Source: Geosiphon pyriformis uo1 (Eukaryota > Fungi > Glomeromycota). From it: a stretch of DNA of 64,000 nt. Position numbers and translations under genes: made by a program. Below the pieces are notes generated by a model that was not told the DNA's origin, did no database searches, and saw only the letters and a list, made by a program, of their open reading frames with translations. The stretch is taken from assembly GCA_016748015.1 (NCBI GenBank), contig JAAOMT010000786.1, positions 747,814 to 811,813 of the forward strand. Reading direction: 5' to 3'. Shown piece after piece: positions 35,270 through 49,043 of the stretch (position 1 is its first letter; each line of letters starts with the position of its first letter).

Positions 35270-37420
35270 GGTTTTTTTTATATTTAACATATAATCCAAT
35301 TATTATTAAATACAATAAATCAAATTAAGTAATTTAAAATTAGATATATTTTATGTATTTTCTATATATAATTAAATACAAGTTTAGTTCAAACTAAATT
35401 ATATTAAATTTATAAAAAAAAATCTACTTTAAAAAAATATTTTATGCAAAACTACAACCAAAAAAATTATTATTTATAATAATACTACTTAATTATTTAG
35501 CAGTTTTATCTAAATTAAACTTAATGCTAATAAATTATTATTTTTAAAAAATATTAATCTAATATAAACTTTATTATCTAAAAAATTATTATTATATTTT
35601 TATATATAATTAATATTAAAGTTATATTTAGTTTTAATTATATTTATATTTAAAAAAAGCTTATTTATAGTCTTATATTTTATATTAAATTATATTAAAT
35701 ATATCTTTAAACTCTATATACAAAATAAAAAAATGTTCAAAAAAGTAATAATTAAAATAATTAATAAACTAATTAACTTAACAATAAACTTAATTAAAAT
35801 AACCAAATTTAAGATCTGAAATTATAAAAAATTTAATTTAAATTTAATTACAAAATTAACAATAAAAACAGCCAAAAAAACAATAAAAAAAACCAAAAAA
35901 GCAATAATTTTAATATAAAACTTTATATTAATAAAAAATAAAACAACAATAATAAAATTATTAATAGATTTAAACACAATTTTATTAAAAAAAATAAAAC
36001 ATATTATAATTTATAGTTAAATAATCTAAATTCTAATATTTATAATAATAATAATATTTAAAATCTTATTAAATATAAATCTTATACAAAATATTGGTTT
36101 TTATAATAACAAAATTCAAAATTTTTAAAAACTTAAAAATTATAATAACAAAATATTAATAAAAATAAGAATTAAAAATACAAAAAATAAACCAAATATA
36201 ATTATTAACTTGAAAAATCAAATTATTGATCTTAAAAATTATACAACTAAAAAAAAATAAATAATTTGGTCTTAAAAATATATTTTAAGATAATAATTTT
36301 TTTTAATTAACCAAAAAAAATTTTAATATTATTATTTTTAATTAATACAGACCAATAAAAACAACAACAACAATAAAAAAAGTTTTAAAAATAAATAATA
36401 ATATATTATTACAAATTAACAAATTTTAACTTAACTAAAATAATAAAACCAAAAATATTTTTAATATTATTAGAAAATATATTATTATAAAGTGCAATAG
36501 CAAATAAAAAAAAAGAAACAAAAACTATTATAAAAGAGTTTACAATTTTAAATATGATTAAAAAAAATTTTATTAATAAAAATTTTGGTAATAACAATTA
36601 AAAAAACATTAAAAGCAAAATTTATATAAAATAACTTAAATTCAATAAAACAAAACAACAACTTAAATAAAAAATCAACCAAAACCAATTTAATCTTAAG
36701 TATAATACCAAATACAAAATAGAAATTATTTATTCAATAAATTTTTAATAATTAAAAATTGGTTTTTAAATATTATTAAAAACAATACCAAAAAACAAAA
36801 AAAATATTAATTTAGTTTTCATTTAATTAGTTTAATTTTTAAGATTAAATAATTCAATAAGTTAATTAATTGAAAACATATTTAAGAACATATCTTGTTT
36901 TGCTTTTAAAATTAATAATAATTTGTTAAAAAACATCACTTTTAATAATATAATTAGTAATTAATTTTGGTTTATTTTAAAAAATATGTTATTATTATTG
37001 TTGCTTATATTAAAAAAAAAACTAAATATTATTGTAAAAATTTTATTCAAAATTTTATCTGAAACTATAAAAAATTTAATATAATAATAGTATATACAAA
37101 TAACTATTACTGTTTTTTAAAGTTTTTAGTTATTTGCAAAATAATAGTAATAAAAAAAAAAAAAAACCAGCTTGTTAATTGGTTTATTATTAAAAACTTT
37201 AAGGTTTTTAAATAAAAACAATATAAGAACTTATTCAAGTATATTTTTTTAAAAAATTTTTGATTAAAAAAAAATAATCAGCCAAAAAACAAAAAAATGC
37301 TTTCAATATTTAAAAAAAATATTGCCAAAATAGTTTATTTAATTGTTTTAATAACAAAAAAAATTTTTTTTTAAACCAAATATAATTAACATAATATTTT
37401 TGGAATTTTAACAATTTAGA
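35270..37420 (-). mobile_element. ORF1-only retroposon, inverted and heavily decayed copy 2
   Basis: Reverse complement contains aataataaaccaattaacaagctggtt (compare ~59207-59235) and the 3' module tatagaaaatacataaaatatat; ORF 36409-36597 resembles 59792-60121. Confidence 0.65.
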
Positions 37421-37899
37421 TTAATTATTTTTAATTATAATAATTAATAAAGTATTGATTTATTTTATTTTATTTATTTTATTTTTTTATTTTTATTTTT
37501 ATAAAATTTATTATTAATTTAAAATAGCCAAAAATAGTATATATAACAATTTGATAATTTAATTGTTATAATAAATAATTTAAATTTATAATTTTTATTT
37601 TATTTTATTGAACTAACTAGTTAGAAAATAAATATTAAAATTATAATATTACAAATAATTTGATAAAAAATATAAAAATAAATGTAAAATTAAATTATTA
37701 ATAGTTAAATAATTTATAAAAAAATCAAAAAACACTAAAATAAATTAATTATCATATCAAAAAAATAAAACACAAAATATTAAAATTTTGTTTTTTATAC
37801 AAAAAATCTATTATAAAAACTTTTAAATTTAAAATCTTTAAATTATATAATAAAATTACAGTATTAACTTATAAATTTTAAATCATATATTTATTTATA

Positions 37900-38700
37900 A
37901 TATTTAGTGTTTTTGTAAAATATAATTTACAAAAAACAAAGCATCATAAAAAATAATTCACAAAAATTTACAAAAACAAATTATCAAAAAAACCTAAAAC
38001 TAATTAATAATTATTTTTTAACTAAAACAATTTTTAATTTTTATATTAACAAAAAAATTTAATATATATTAAAAAACAAAAAAATCCAAAATCTGCAAAA
38101 ATAAACTTTTACAAAAAATTTAAACAGTGTATTAACCATTCTTAATTTTATAATTTTTAAACAATATTTGTTAAATTTATCAATTATATTTAAAAAAAAT
38201 TACATTAACTATTAAAGACATAAAAACAAAACAATAATTATAAATACCAGTTGTCATCTCAAAAAAAATTACATTAATTTTATAAAAAAAGCAATAATTC
38301 AAATTTTATTGAAAGCTGTATTATTATCTATTACAAAATCTAGTTTACATTTTTTATTTCAGAGCAATTTTAAAAATAAAAATTTATTAAAAGAATATAA
38401 AACATATTTTAAAAAATTGAGATTATAATCCTCCATGCCACTTATCATTACCACTACTACTACCAAATTTTGGTTCTACCAGTAACTAAGAAAACAAGAA
38501 TTCAGAAGAAACAAAGATTAAGAAAAACTAGAGAAAACCCAATCTTAAAACCTACTGTAATTCAAACTCTGGAACCTATTATTCAAGACCCAATTGTTTT
38601 AAACTTTGCTGTATTAGTATCTGGAAACCCATTTTCAGCTGCACCAATAAATCCACTACCAATTCATGAAGTTCATTTACTGCCAGCAATCTTGAAACGT
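37900..38700 (+). mobile_element. Possible gag fragment of another LTR element
   Basis: Pro-rich then acidic PPLLPNFGSTSN*ENKNSEET segment resembling gag of C near 21790-21900; no LTR identified. Confidence 0.35.
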
Positions 38701-40104
38701 TGCTTCTTAACCAGAAGTATAGGAATTAGAATTACTATTTTGCGACATGACATAAACTCGCAAGAAAAGATTATTTAATTACATACGCTGAAATTCTTTT
38801 GTATTTTTTGAAGCTTTTCTGTTGTAGCTTAATCCTTGCTTTGTCCAAGCCAATTTGGAAGATTTTTTGATGTTTTTTAAAGGGCCGAAGTCAATGTGTT
38901 GGAAAGATGAAGCAAAAGAATTCCAGCGGAGTAGGATTGCAGCTATTGGTCATCTATCCAACATTCCGTTCTCGTACACAATAGTTACTTTTAGGCTTTG
39001 GCATTATGAACTTGGCCAAAAAAAAAATAGTGAGAATCTATTGAACAAAAAAAACTAATAAAGAATTTCTATAGCGGGGTTTTAACCACTTTGGAGCGGC
39101 CATCCCTGCACGGTGACTTGCAATTACTGGCTTCCGACAAGTCCAAGTCTACCGCAGACGCTTCATTCATGCTTTGACGGAAACAGTAGGTTGAGAAAGA
39201 CATTAAAATTGCTATTTGCGCCACGTGTAACAATCCATAAATGACGTCACGCGTTTGAAAAACTCAAGCGGAAAGCATAGAAAGTTTATTTTGCTTTAGA
39301 CTGAGGTTTCTCTTTCTACTGTAAGTATACACCAGATTGTTAATTGGCTACCTTGACAGACCATGCTTCTTTGCTGGAGAAGTCTTTTAAATTCAACTAT
39401 ATTTTCCGCAAGTGGACTCAAAGGATGTCGTATTAACTATCCAGAAGGATATCATTGTTTTGAAGCAGTCAAAGCGATTTTTGATTTGACTGATGTAATT
39501 TGCGTTAAGGAAAATGACAGAATAAAAAGAAAATTTTTTTGTTAAGCCGTGAAAGGTATTGAAAAGACAACCTTCGCGGCTTTTCAAGAATGGAATTCAT
39601 TGTAGCGTTTTAAGCACTTTAACAATATAGGATTATTTCTATATAAAATTAATTATATCAAATTTAATTTATATCAAATTCACTATGGAACCTACTAGAA
39701 AGATAAAAAAATTGGTATTAAATAAGAAAAGAATCACTTAGATTTATTATAAAGAAAAAAAATTTCTTTTTTAATTATATTAAAGTACATAAATTGTTTA
39801 TCTTATTTTTTTTATTAATAAAAATAAATTATAAGTTTAATTATTATAATTTTTTAACAGATTTAAAAAAAATATATTGTTTTTTATAAATTATTATTAT
39901 ATATATTAAATTTAATATATATTATTATAACAGTTTTAATATAAATAAAAAATCTTATCATAAAACTATAATAGATTATGTGAATTAAATATTTAATTTA
40001 ATAATAAATATATTATTATTGGGTTAAATAAAGTTTATAATAACAAAATATAGGTTTTAAATATTTTAATTTAAAAATTTGCAAAATTAAAATTATACAA
40101 CAAT

Positions 40105-41340
40105 TTATTTTTATTTTATATATTTAATAAATGTAATTTAACTACTACTTAGTACACAAAAACAAATTAAGTAAGATTAACTAAATATGAATTATATGTT
40201 TTTTATATGTAATCAACCACTTGGGTTAATTAAGACAATACTATACATTTATATATACTCTTATCTTATTACAAACATCTGAAAAAAAAAACAAATTTTA
40301 TGTAAACCAAAACTAACAGTAAATAACTTAATAATATTAAGCAAACAAATAACATTTATTAACAGATAATTAAACACAGCATAAAAAGCAGTAAAAACTA
40401 TTTATGTATTACTAATTAAATTATTTTTTTCTATGTTTACTCTAAATTTTACTCTAAACAATTATAATTCACTTCAATGTTTTTTAGCCAAATAGTAAGC
40501 AAAATTGACTATTATTAACATAGCTTTTTTTCTCTTTCTAAAAACCAAAACTGTTTTATTAATCTATTCTTTAAAAACAAAACTCTTGTATAAAATTTTA
40601 TAAATATTAACATCTAATATTCTTGAAAAAAAAGTATATAGCATTGAAGATAATGACAGAAAACATTCATTCATTAAAAATTTCCACAAATTAATATAAC
40701 TTAGCAAAATCTCAAAATGTATTATAGCATTTTTTGAGCAAGTAAAAACATGATTAAGCAGTTTAATATTATTATATATTAAACATAACACTTTTAAGTA
40801 ATTTTTATTATAAAGTCTTTTTTTAATAACAACTAACAGTCTTTTATAGACCACTTTTATCAAATATATATAGAATATTACTAAATCTTTGCTTATAAAT
40901 TCTGAAAATATATGTGAATCTAAATACCAAATTGCTACAATATTAATTTAATTTATGGTTCCAATTAATATTTTATTTATGATTTTTGCATTTGGATCAG
41001 TTTTTTATTGAGTTCTACAAACTATTTTATAAACATTCTAAACAAAATAGTAAGTATTCCTTAATACAACTTAGTTATTAGCCATAATAAATCTTTTATG
41101 AATTCCAACAAAAAAAACAAAACTAAAAATTGCTGTAATACACATAAAAGTATTAGTCTTATTATTATTAATGTTTTCTAAGTAATCTTTAACTTTTACT
41201 TACTTAACAGAACTATTTTTAGACTTAATTAAATTAACTATATAATGTCTTTCTACTTAGTATTTGTTCTGAAAATCTGGCAAAAAAAGCCCAAATTTTA
41301 AAACACATGTATTCAAAACTGCTTAACTGTTTATATGCAT
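40105..41340 (-). mobile_element. Decayed LINE 3' end (RNaseH tail, zf-RVT, 3'UTR, A-rich tail)
   Basis: ORF 40564-40863 KRLLVVIKKRLYNKNYLKVLCLIYNNIKLLNHVFTC, the same motif family as 19230-19523. Confidence 0.72.
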
Positions 41341-41869
41341 TATCTTAATTTTATTATTATATATTTATTATTTTTTTTATTTAAATATTAATAATAAACA
41401 AATCAAAAATAAATTATTTTTAAATAATACTATAATTAATTACAATTATTTCTCATTAATAAGAACCAAAATTATTTGTTTAACTAAAAATTTTAAAACA
41501 ATAAAATACAATTTTATTGGTTTTCTGGTCAGAAAATAAGTTAATCAATTCAACAATATTTAATCAATCCATATTGCAACATCAATTCCTTACTTCATCA
41601 TGCTTATCACGTGGTCTTACTACTCTGCCTTAAACTAACTGGTAATTCTAAGGCCTTTATTCTTAAGAAATTTTAAAGAAAAGACAAACCACTCGATGAG
41701 AATGATAAAAGGTCAAGAACAATTTCATGGTCACAATTAAGCCAATATTCCTTCATAGCATTGAGATTCATTTACCAACTAAAATATTCAGAGTAATTGC
41801 CAAATACTTTTCTTTAGAGTTTTGTCAAACAGCAGACTTGGAAGATTCCAATCTCCCTTAGGCTTATTG

Positions 41870-42700
41870 AATGTTAACAAATCAAGATAAGGTTCCAGAG
41901 AGCAGAAATAGATGGGACACAATCGGGGTCAAGGCCAACATAAACCGAACCTCCACTTTTGTAAAAGATAATTGAATAATCCATCCTATCCCGAAAGCAT
42001 ATTCCATTTAAAGACTCAGTTTCCAGCTGCTTGGGATCATTTTTCTTCGACCCCAAAATGGTCACCTTCCTGTTTCCAACTGGTATTTATTATGTTTCAG
42101 GAGATTGGGTGGAAAGCACATTTTAATTCCCAATATCCTGTATTTTACAACATTCAGTCCATGCAGGGGATGTATCCCAAATGAAGAGCCAACGCATTGA
42201 AAAGTAAAATCAATGCAAGAATTGAATCAGTCCTCCTAGGAGTTCCACAATAAAAGTTAAATATTCCAAAATAAATAAATATTTTAATCGCCAAAAATCT
42301 CGCAAAATAAAGTTTAACAAAAATTACCTAAAGCAGTGGCATTAGTAAATAAGAGTATTAAATGATGGTTGAAGAATGACCCATCGAAATTAACTTACTT
42401 TTATGAAATTTAGTAACTTGCACTAAACGGTGACAATATAAAAAAAATTATATTCTAAGGCTCCAAAGTAAGGTTATCATAAGAGACTGCGGGAGGAGTG
42501 ACCCCATCAAGTAACTCTGATTTCCCGAGCTAATATGCAGTTATAGCGGTACATTTCGGCTGTCGATAGGAGTTTATTGTCTATAGAAACCATGAGTGAT
42601 AGATCCCAAGTTGAACTCTTTTCTCTTTGAACAAAAAAATTATTGCGTCAGTAACCAGATGCGGGATCGAATTATGGGTAAAAATTCAGAAGCAAAGCAA
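41870..42700 (-). pseudogene. Possible class-3 lipase pseudogene remnant
   Basis: GC-normal island with ordered weak motifs on the minus strand (W.TD-like, THGFY, VT*WGHS, TFG) in broken frames. Confidence 0.25.
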
Positions 42701-42914
42701 TTTAAATATTTTCAACCAATCAATAACTTTTAGGCTGATATTTTTGATAAGCTTGTACATAAAAAAACACGTGTAAAATTCTAAATTTGGGAAATACTAA
42801 ATGATAAACAATAATTGGATAGACACGTCAATCACCAATCACAGAAATTAATGCTAGTATGTTAGAGCCTCTTGAAAACTTTCAGTTTTGATTCTGAAGA
42901 TACTTGTGAAAAAT

Positions 42915-44577
42915 ATGGAACTTTTGAATAGCGACCTTAATGAAGTTATCATGATAGATGATGAGAAAGAAGAAGAAGAAGAAGAGAATGAATTTGAAGT
43001 AGATATTAAAAAATATTTTGAGTGTTTTTTTTGAAAAATTATAACAAAGCTTAATAGTTTAAAGTTTAACTGAAATGTTTACATATAAAATTTTTTATAA
43101 AAAGGTTGAAAAAATACTTAATAAAAGGCTTCATAAGGTGAGTTTCAAAAAAACTAACTTTTCCATTCTTTAATTTCTTTAAAAAAACGCGTTTTTTTTA
43201 AAGAAATTAAAGAATGGAGAATAAAACTTTTATAATATTTATTCATTGATTTTATTTTATTTTATTTTTTGGTTTTAATTTTTAATTTTTTTTATACTTA
43301 ATTTTTTTTTTTTTTTTAAGGGACAAACAGAATATTTACTTAAATGGAAAGGTTATGATGACAAAGATAATACATGGTTAGAATAAAAATTCATATTTTT
43401 TAAAACAAAAATTGGCAAGTATATTTTTTTAATTAATATTTTGAAATAATTTTTTTAGGGAGCCAGCAATAAATCTTAATTGTCATGATTTGATACAAAA
43501 ATATGAAAATTCTTTGACATCCAAGCGTCAAGTTTCGATAAAAAATGGCAGAAAAAGGGTACAGAAAAGTTTTGAACCATGTATAGAGGTTCAATGTATA
43601 TCAAATTCTTTTTTAAAAAAATATAATATTGAAATTTATCTATCCTAAAAAAGATTGCTACTAAGACGATCTCGGAAAAAAAGCCGGCAAATATAATACA
43701 TTTTGAAAAATTATTGGAATCTGATAAAGATCCAGGTCGTCTCACTGTTGTAAATGAACTGGATAATGATGGACCACCTGAAGATTTTACTTATCTTCAA
43801 GAATATCTCTATTCTCCTGACGTTCCAAGACCTGATTCAGGATTTCTTATTGGTTGTGGATGTTCATCAGAAGGATGCAAAAAGAACTCTAGTCGAAGAA
43901 AAAATGGAAATGGAAATACTTTATGCACTTGTTTAACCAACAATGATGAAGATGGCAATGAGTTTTATGATGAAAAAGGACGAGTGAAAATTCCCCGTGG
44001 TCAAATGATCTTTGAATGTAATTCAGCTTGTAAATGCGGTCCTGAATGTCCAAATCGAGTTGCTCAAAAAGGTCGAACTGTTGATCTTGAAATCTTTAAG
44101 ACACCTGACAAAGGATGGGGAGTTCGTGCCATGCAATATATTTATGCCAACACTTTTGTGAGTGTTTATTGTGGGGAGTTGATTACAGCTGCTGAAGCAA
44201 GTCGACGAGGTGATAAATACGATCGAATTGGTCGAACTTATTTGTTTGATCTAGACTTTGCAGATGAACATACCAATCAGGATACCGATTTTTTCACTGT
44301 TGATGGCTACAACTATGGAAATGTATCACATTTTTTCAATCATAGCTGCGACCCAAATATGTGGGTATATCCTGTAGTGATTGATAATCCAAATATTTTA
44401 CAACATCATTTGGCATTTTTCACTCGTCGTCCAGTAAGGAAGTATGAAGAATTGACCTTTGATTATTTAGGATGTAAAGATGAAGACTCTGAAGAAATGA
44501 TGGATGAGAAATATAAGCAACAGTTAAAAGATTGTAAATGCCACGCAATAAATTGCAGGGGTAAAGTGAGAATATAA
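42915..44577 (+). CDS. clr4: Histone H3K9 methyltransferase, chromo-preSET-SET-postSET (Clr4/SUV39H/DIM-5 family), 5 exons
   Basis: Exons 42915-42998, 43105-43137, 43321-43376, 43459-43558, 43654-44577 give the chromodomain FEVEKILNKR...YLLKWKGYDDKDNTWEP, then ECNSACKC, KGWGVRA, FFNHSCDPN, ELTFDY, CKCHAINCRG. Confidence 0.93.
43162..43218. repeat. Near-perfect palindrome in clr4 intron 2
   Basis: TCCATTCTTTAATTTCTTTAAAAAAA-CGCG-TTTTTTTTAAAGAAATTAAAGAATGGA (one extra T). Confidence 0.9.
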
Positions 44578-44880
44578 AAGCAGGGAAATCTTGATTTAAC
44601 ATTTATTTTTTAATTAATTCAAAGAGAACATTTTTCATTCATGTTTTTAACCAGTCAATTTTTTTCTTCTCTTTTTCTTCTCTTTTCAAAAATTTATTTG
44701 TTTTGATCTTTTATACAATTAATTTTATCATAATTTGGCAGAACTTTTTTAAGCCAATAGTATATATATTAAAAAATAAATAAGATAATTTTTATTGACA
44801 GATTTAAAAAACAAGAAGAAAAAAAGCTTTTGTTATTATATTTTTTTGATAAATAATATATATAATATAATTTAAATATT

Positions 44881-44922
<42 letters not shown>

Positions 44923-45114
44923 TTTTTATAAAGTTATAAATTTTTTTTACATTTAATTTATGTATAATAAATTTTTTTAAAAATAATTAACATAACATAA
45001 TATTTGTAAATTGTTTTTATTGAGAATAATTATTGTTTAAATTTATTTAATCATGTAATATAATATAATAAAACAAATTTTTTTGTTAAATATAATTAAA
45101 TTGATTTTATATTA

Positions 45115-45154
<40 letters not shown>

Positions 45155-45370
45155 GAAAAAAAAAAAGAAAAAAAAAAGAAGAAAAAGAAGAAGAATAATA
45201 AAGTTAAAAAGAAAAGTTTTTAATTAAGAATGTACAAAAAATATATATATATATATAAGAAAAATAAAAAGAAAAAAAGAAAAAGAAAAAAGAAACTATG
45301 TAGTTACATGTTTCAAAAATTATCAATTAAAATTAAAACTTTAAAAATTCATTTTAAAACGATTGATCGC

Positions 45371-45609
45371 TAATACTTTAATAAATTACTTAATATATTT
45401 TAATATACGTAAATAAATTACTTAATACTTTAATAAATTACTTAATATATTTTAATATACGTAAATAAATTACTTAATACTTTAATAAATTACTTAATAT
45501 ATTTTAATATACGTAAATAAATTACTTAATACTTTAATAAATTACTTAATATATTTTAATATACTTAAATAAATTACTTAATATTTTAATAAATTACTTA
45601 ATATACTTA

Positions 45610-45612
<3 letters not shown>
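45371..45612. repeat. 52-bp AT-rich minisatellite, about 4.5 copies, near (AAT)n microsatellites
   Basis: Unit TAATACTTTAATAAATTACTTAATATATTTTAATATACGTAAATAAATTACT at 45371, 45423, 45475, 45527, 45579. Confidence 0.9.
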
Positions 45613-45649
<37 letters not shown>

Positions 45650-46008
45650 CTTTTCAAACAAAAAAAGCATAAATAGTTATTTTTATTTACCAAAACACTC
45701 AGTCCATCATCATGATCATCATCATCATCTACTAACCAAATATCTTAAAAAATTTTTCACAACATAAAATTCTTTTAGAGTAACGGTTTATTGTTATTAT
45801 TATTATTATTATTATTAATTATGTTAGAAAGTTGGGTCACAATCATTAAATAAGTTTTTTGGATTGTTGATATTTTACGAATATAAAGCTTTGTCACAGA
45901 GTTAAAAATTACGGATATGATTATTGTCAAAGAAAATTCATAATGGTACCCAACCCAATCCAAATCAACTCAAATCAAAAACATGTTTGTTTTAAACTTA
46001 CTTTTTTT

Positions 46009-46039
<31 letters not shown>

Positions 46040-47493
46040 NNNNNNNNNNNNNNNNNNNNNNNNNNNNNNNNNNNNNNNNNNNNNNNNNNNNNNNNNNNNN
46101 NNNNNNNNNNNNNNNNNNNNNNNNNNNNNNNNNNNNNNNNNNNNNNNNNNNNNNNNNNNNNNNNNNNNNNNNNNNNNNNNNNNNNNNNNNNNNNNNNNNN
46201 NNNNNNNNNNNNNNNNNNNNNNNNNNNNNNNNNNNNNNNNNNNNNNNNNNNNNNNNNNNNNNNNNNNNNNNNNNNNNNNNNNNNNNNNNNNNNNNNNNNN
46301 NNNNNNNNNNNNNNNNNNNNNNNNNNNNNNNNNNNNNNNNNNNNNNNNNNNNNNNNNNNNNNNNNNNNNNNNNNNNNNNNNNNNNNNNNNNNNNNNNNNN
46401 NNNNNNNNNNNNNNNNNNNNNNNNNNNNNNNNNNNNNNNNNNNNNNNNNNNNNNNNNNNNNNNNNNNNNNNNNNNNNNNNNNNNNNNNNNNNNNNNNNNN
46501 NNNNNNNNNNNNNNNNNNNNNNNNNNNNNNNNNNNNNNNNNNNNNNNNNNNNNNNNNNNNNNNNNNNNNNNNNNNNNNNNNNNNNNNNNNNNNNNNNNNN
46601 NNNNNNNNNNNNNNNNNNNNNNNNNNNNNNNNNNNNNNNNNNNNNNNNNNNNNNNNNNNNNNNNNNNNNNNNNNNNNNNNNNNNNNNNNNNNNNNNNNNN
46701 NNNNNNNNNNNNNNNNNNNNNNNNNNNNNNNNNNNNNNNNNNTTTTTTTTTTTTTTTTTTTTTTTGATGGTTGAAAGAATATCAAATTTGGGATAACAAA
46801 GTTTAATGTTTCTTTTACACCACAATTTCTGACCATAACGTTATATTGAGATTTGAAATATTTTATTAAAAATTTTCTTTTCAAATTTTTTAGTTCAATA
46901 ACACGTTTTTTTCGACAAATCTAAAAAAAGAATTATCTTTTGTTTTCTGTACAACCTCCCTATTCTCATTATTTCTTATCCCCCGCATATTTTATGTGAT
47001 TCAAGAAAAATTCAAAATAAATAAATAAATAAATAAAAAAAAGGATACCTTTAGATTGGTTAAATACTTTAGAAAACTTATATAAAATTGAACCATATCT
47101 TACAAAATTTCCGTTTGATTTGTTTTCATTTGAACGATGCAAGCACTCCTTAATATTATTTTTGCCTTTAGAGGAGTTTTCAAAAAAAAACCTTTCTCCT
47201 CGAGTCCATTTCATTAAATTATTGGTTAACTCTGCTTTTCATTTCAAAAAAATATATATTTCTGCACACGAAAGTAACTATTAATGGTTTTAGTATGTAT
47301 AATGTACTGTATATATATATATATTTCCTTTTTTTTTTTTTTTTTGAAGAAAGGAGTAAAGGAAAAGTCAAGGAATCTTCCGAAAGGATGTCATACCATT
47401 GAGTATTTGCATGTTTCTTAATAGAATAATGGGAAATAATGAAAAACAACGTATTTGACATTAAAATTATATTTCTTGTTTAATTTAATTTAA

Positions 47494-47525
<32 letters not shown>

Positions 47526-48006
47526 AATCAGTGATACACACATTCAATATCATATTAAAATAATAATAAAAATAAAAAATAATAGTTATCCACATAAAGA
47601 ATAAGCTAAAGGAAAAAGAATACCAATTAAAAAAAAAAAAATCCAAAAAAAAAAAAAAGAAAAGACAAACAAATCCCAAACGAAAAGTGACACTGTGTTC
47701 AAATATTGCGCACTTGCCAAAATTAGCAATTATTTAACTAGTTCATATATTGTGTGTTGCCAAAATCAAGAGCAACCAAAAAAAACTCGAACCTGCTTCT
47801 GACCTCCTTTGGACCAATTATACTTATAAATTAGACATAAATTCGCCAACAAAAAAAAAAAACGAAACTCAACGCCTCTTTTTCTTCAACCATCATATTC
47901 ATAATCATCATCATTCATCACCATCATCGAAATTTATTATCGTCATTTGTGATATTGTGTTTTTAAAACTTTGTTGGAAAACTTTCTAATCCAAAGAAAC
48001 CAAACC

Positions 48007-48043
<37 letters not shown>

Positions 48044-48082
48044 ATTCCTAAACTCAATCGCCCTTCTTATCAATATTAAAAT

Positions 48083-49043
48083 ATGCGTAAGAAAGTAAAG
48101 CAAGATCTTCCGCTTCATAAAGTAATCATGGTCGGCTCGGGTGGTGTTGGAAAGTCAGCGTTGACTTTGCAGTACATGTATGGTGACTTTGTTGAAGAAT
48201 ATGACCCCACCAAGGCTGACTCTTACCGTAAAAAGGTGGCCTTGGACGGACAAGAGTGTCAAATCGATATCTTGGATACTGCTGGTCAAGAGGAATATGC
48301 TGCTGTATCTTTTTTTTTCTAATTCTTTTGTTTCGATGACTATTTTTGGAAATTATTCAACCCATAGAGTATCAATGAACCTTGTGAGATTTCTTAAACT
48401 TGGCCTATTGTTATACTTCAGTTACCCATTCTTTTAACCAAAACCAAAAACTTCCTTAACTCTATATATTGACCTCTATGTACAGATTCGTGATAATTAT
48501 TATCGCTCAGGTGAAGGCTTCCTGTGTGTCTTTTCTATCTGTGAACACGAATCCTTTCTACATACACAGGACTTTCGAGATCAGATCTCGAGAGTACTCG
48601 ATGATGAAAGCGTATGTAAAAAAGTAAAAACAACCCCAATTCTCCCTTTCTCTCTATTGTTATTTGCTTTTTTCCTTTTCATAACCAGGCGCAACCTTTA
48701 ACACAGCTAAAGAAATGTTTGCCAGATGGGATATTCATTTTATAAATCTTAAATGATCTTTATTTTCCATTCTTCCCACTTGGAAACACCTGTTCGTTTC
48801 TCACAGATTCCGTTCATCCTAGTTGGCAATAAATCTGATTTAGCGGGAATTCGTAAGGTGACCAAAGAAGAAGCACAACAGAAAGCAAATGAATGGGGTT
48901 GTCCTTACATCGAAACTTCGGCAAAGACGCGACTCCATGTCGATGATGTTTATACTGAATTAATGAGAAGGATTCGAGAACGAAAGGATGGTGCCAATGA
49001 AGAAATTAAAAAGATTAAAAGGGCTCGATGTGTGTGTTTGTAA
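48083..49043 (+). CDS. RAL: Ral-subfamily small GTPase, 3 exons, 194 aa
   Basis: Exons 48083-48304, 48486-48611, 48807-49043. [20 protein letters not shown], Ral effector loop [43 protein letters not shown], CaaX CVCL. Confidence 0.95.

Noticed and set aside
31200-38400. Organelle or endosymbiont DNA insertion suggested by extreme AT content
   Set aside because: Much of it aligns with the retroposon at 58890-61160; no organellar genes recognised.
45970-46884. Long ORFs made of X (also around 8535-9275 and 12940-14049)
   Set aside because: Artefacts of N gaps.
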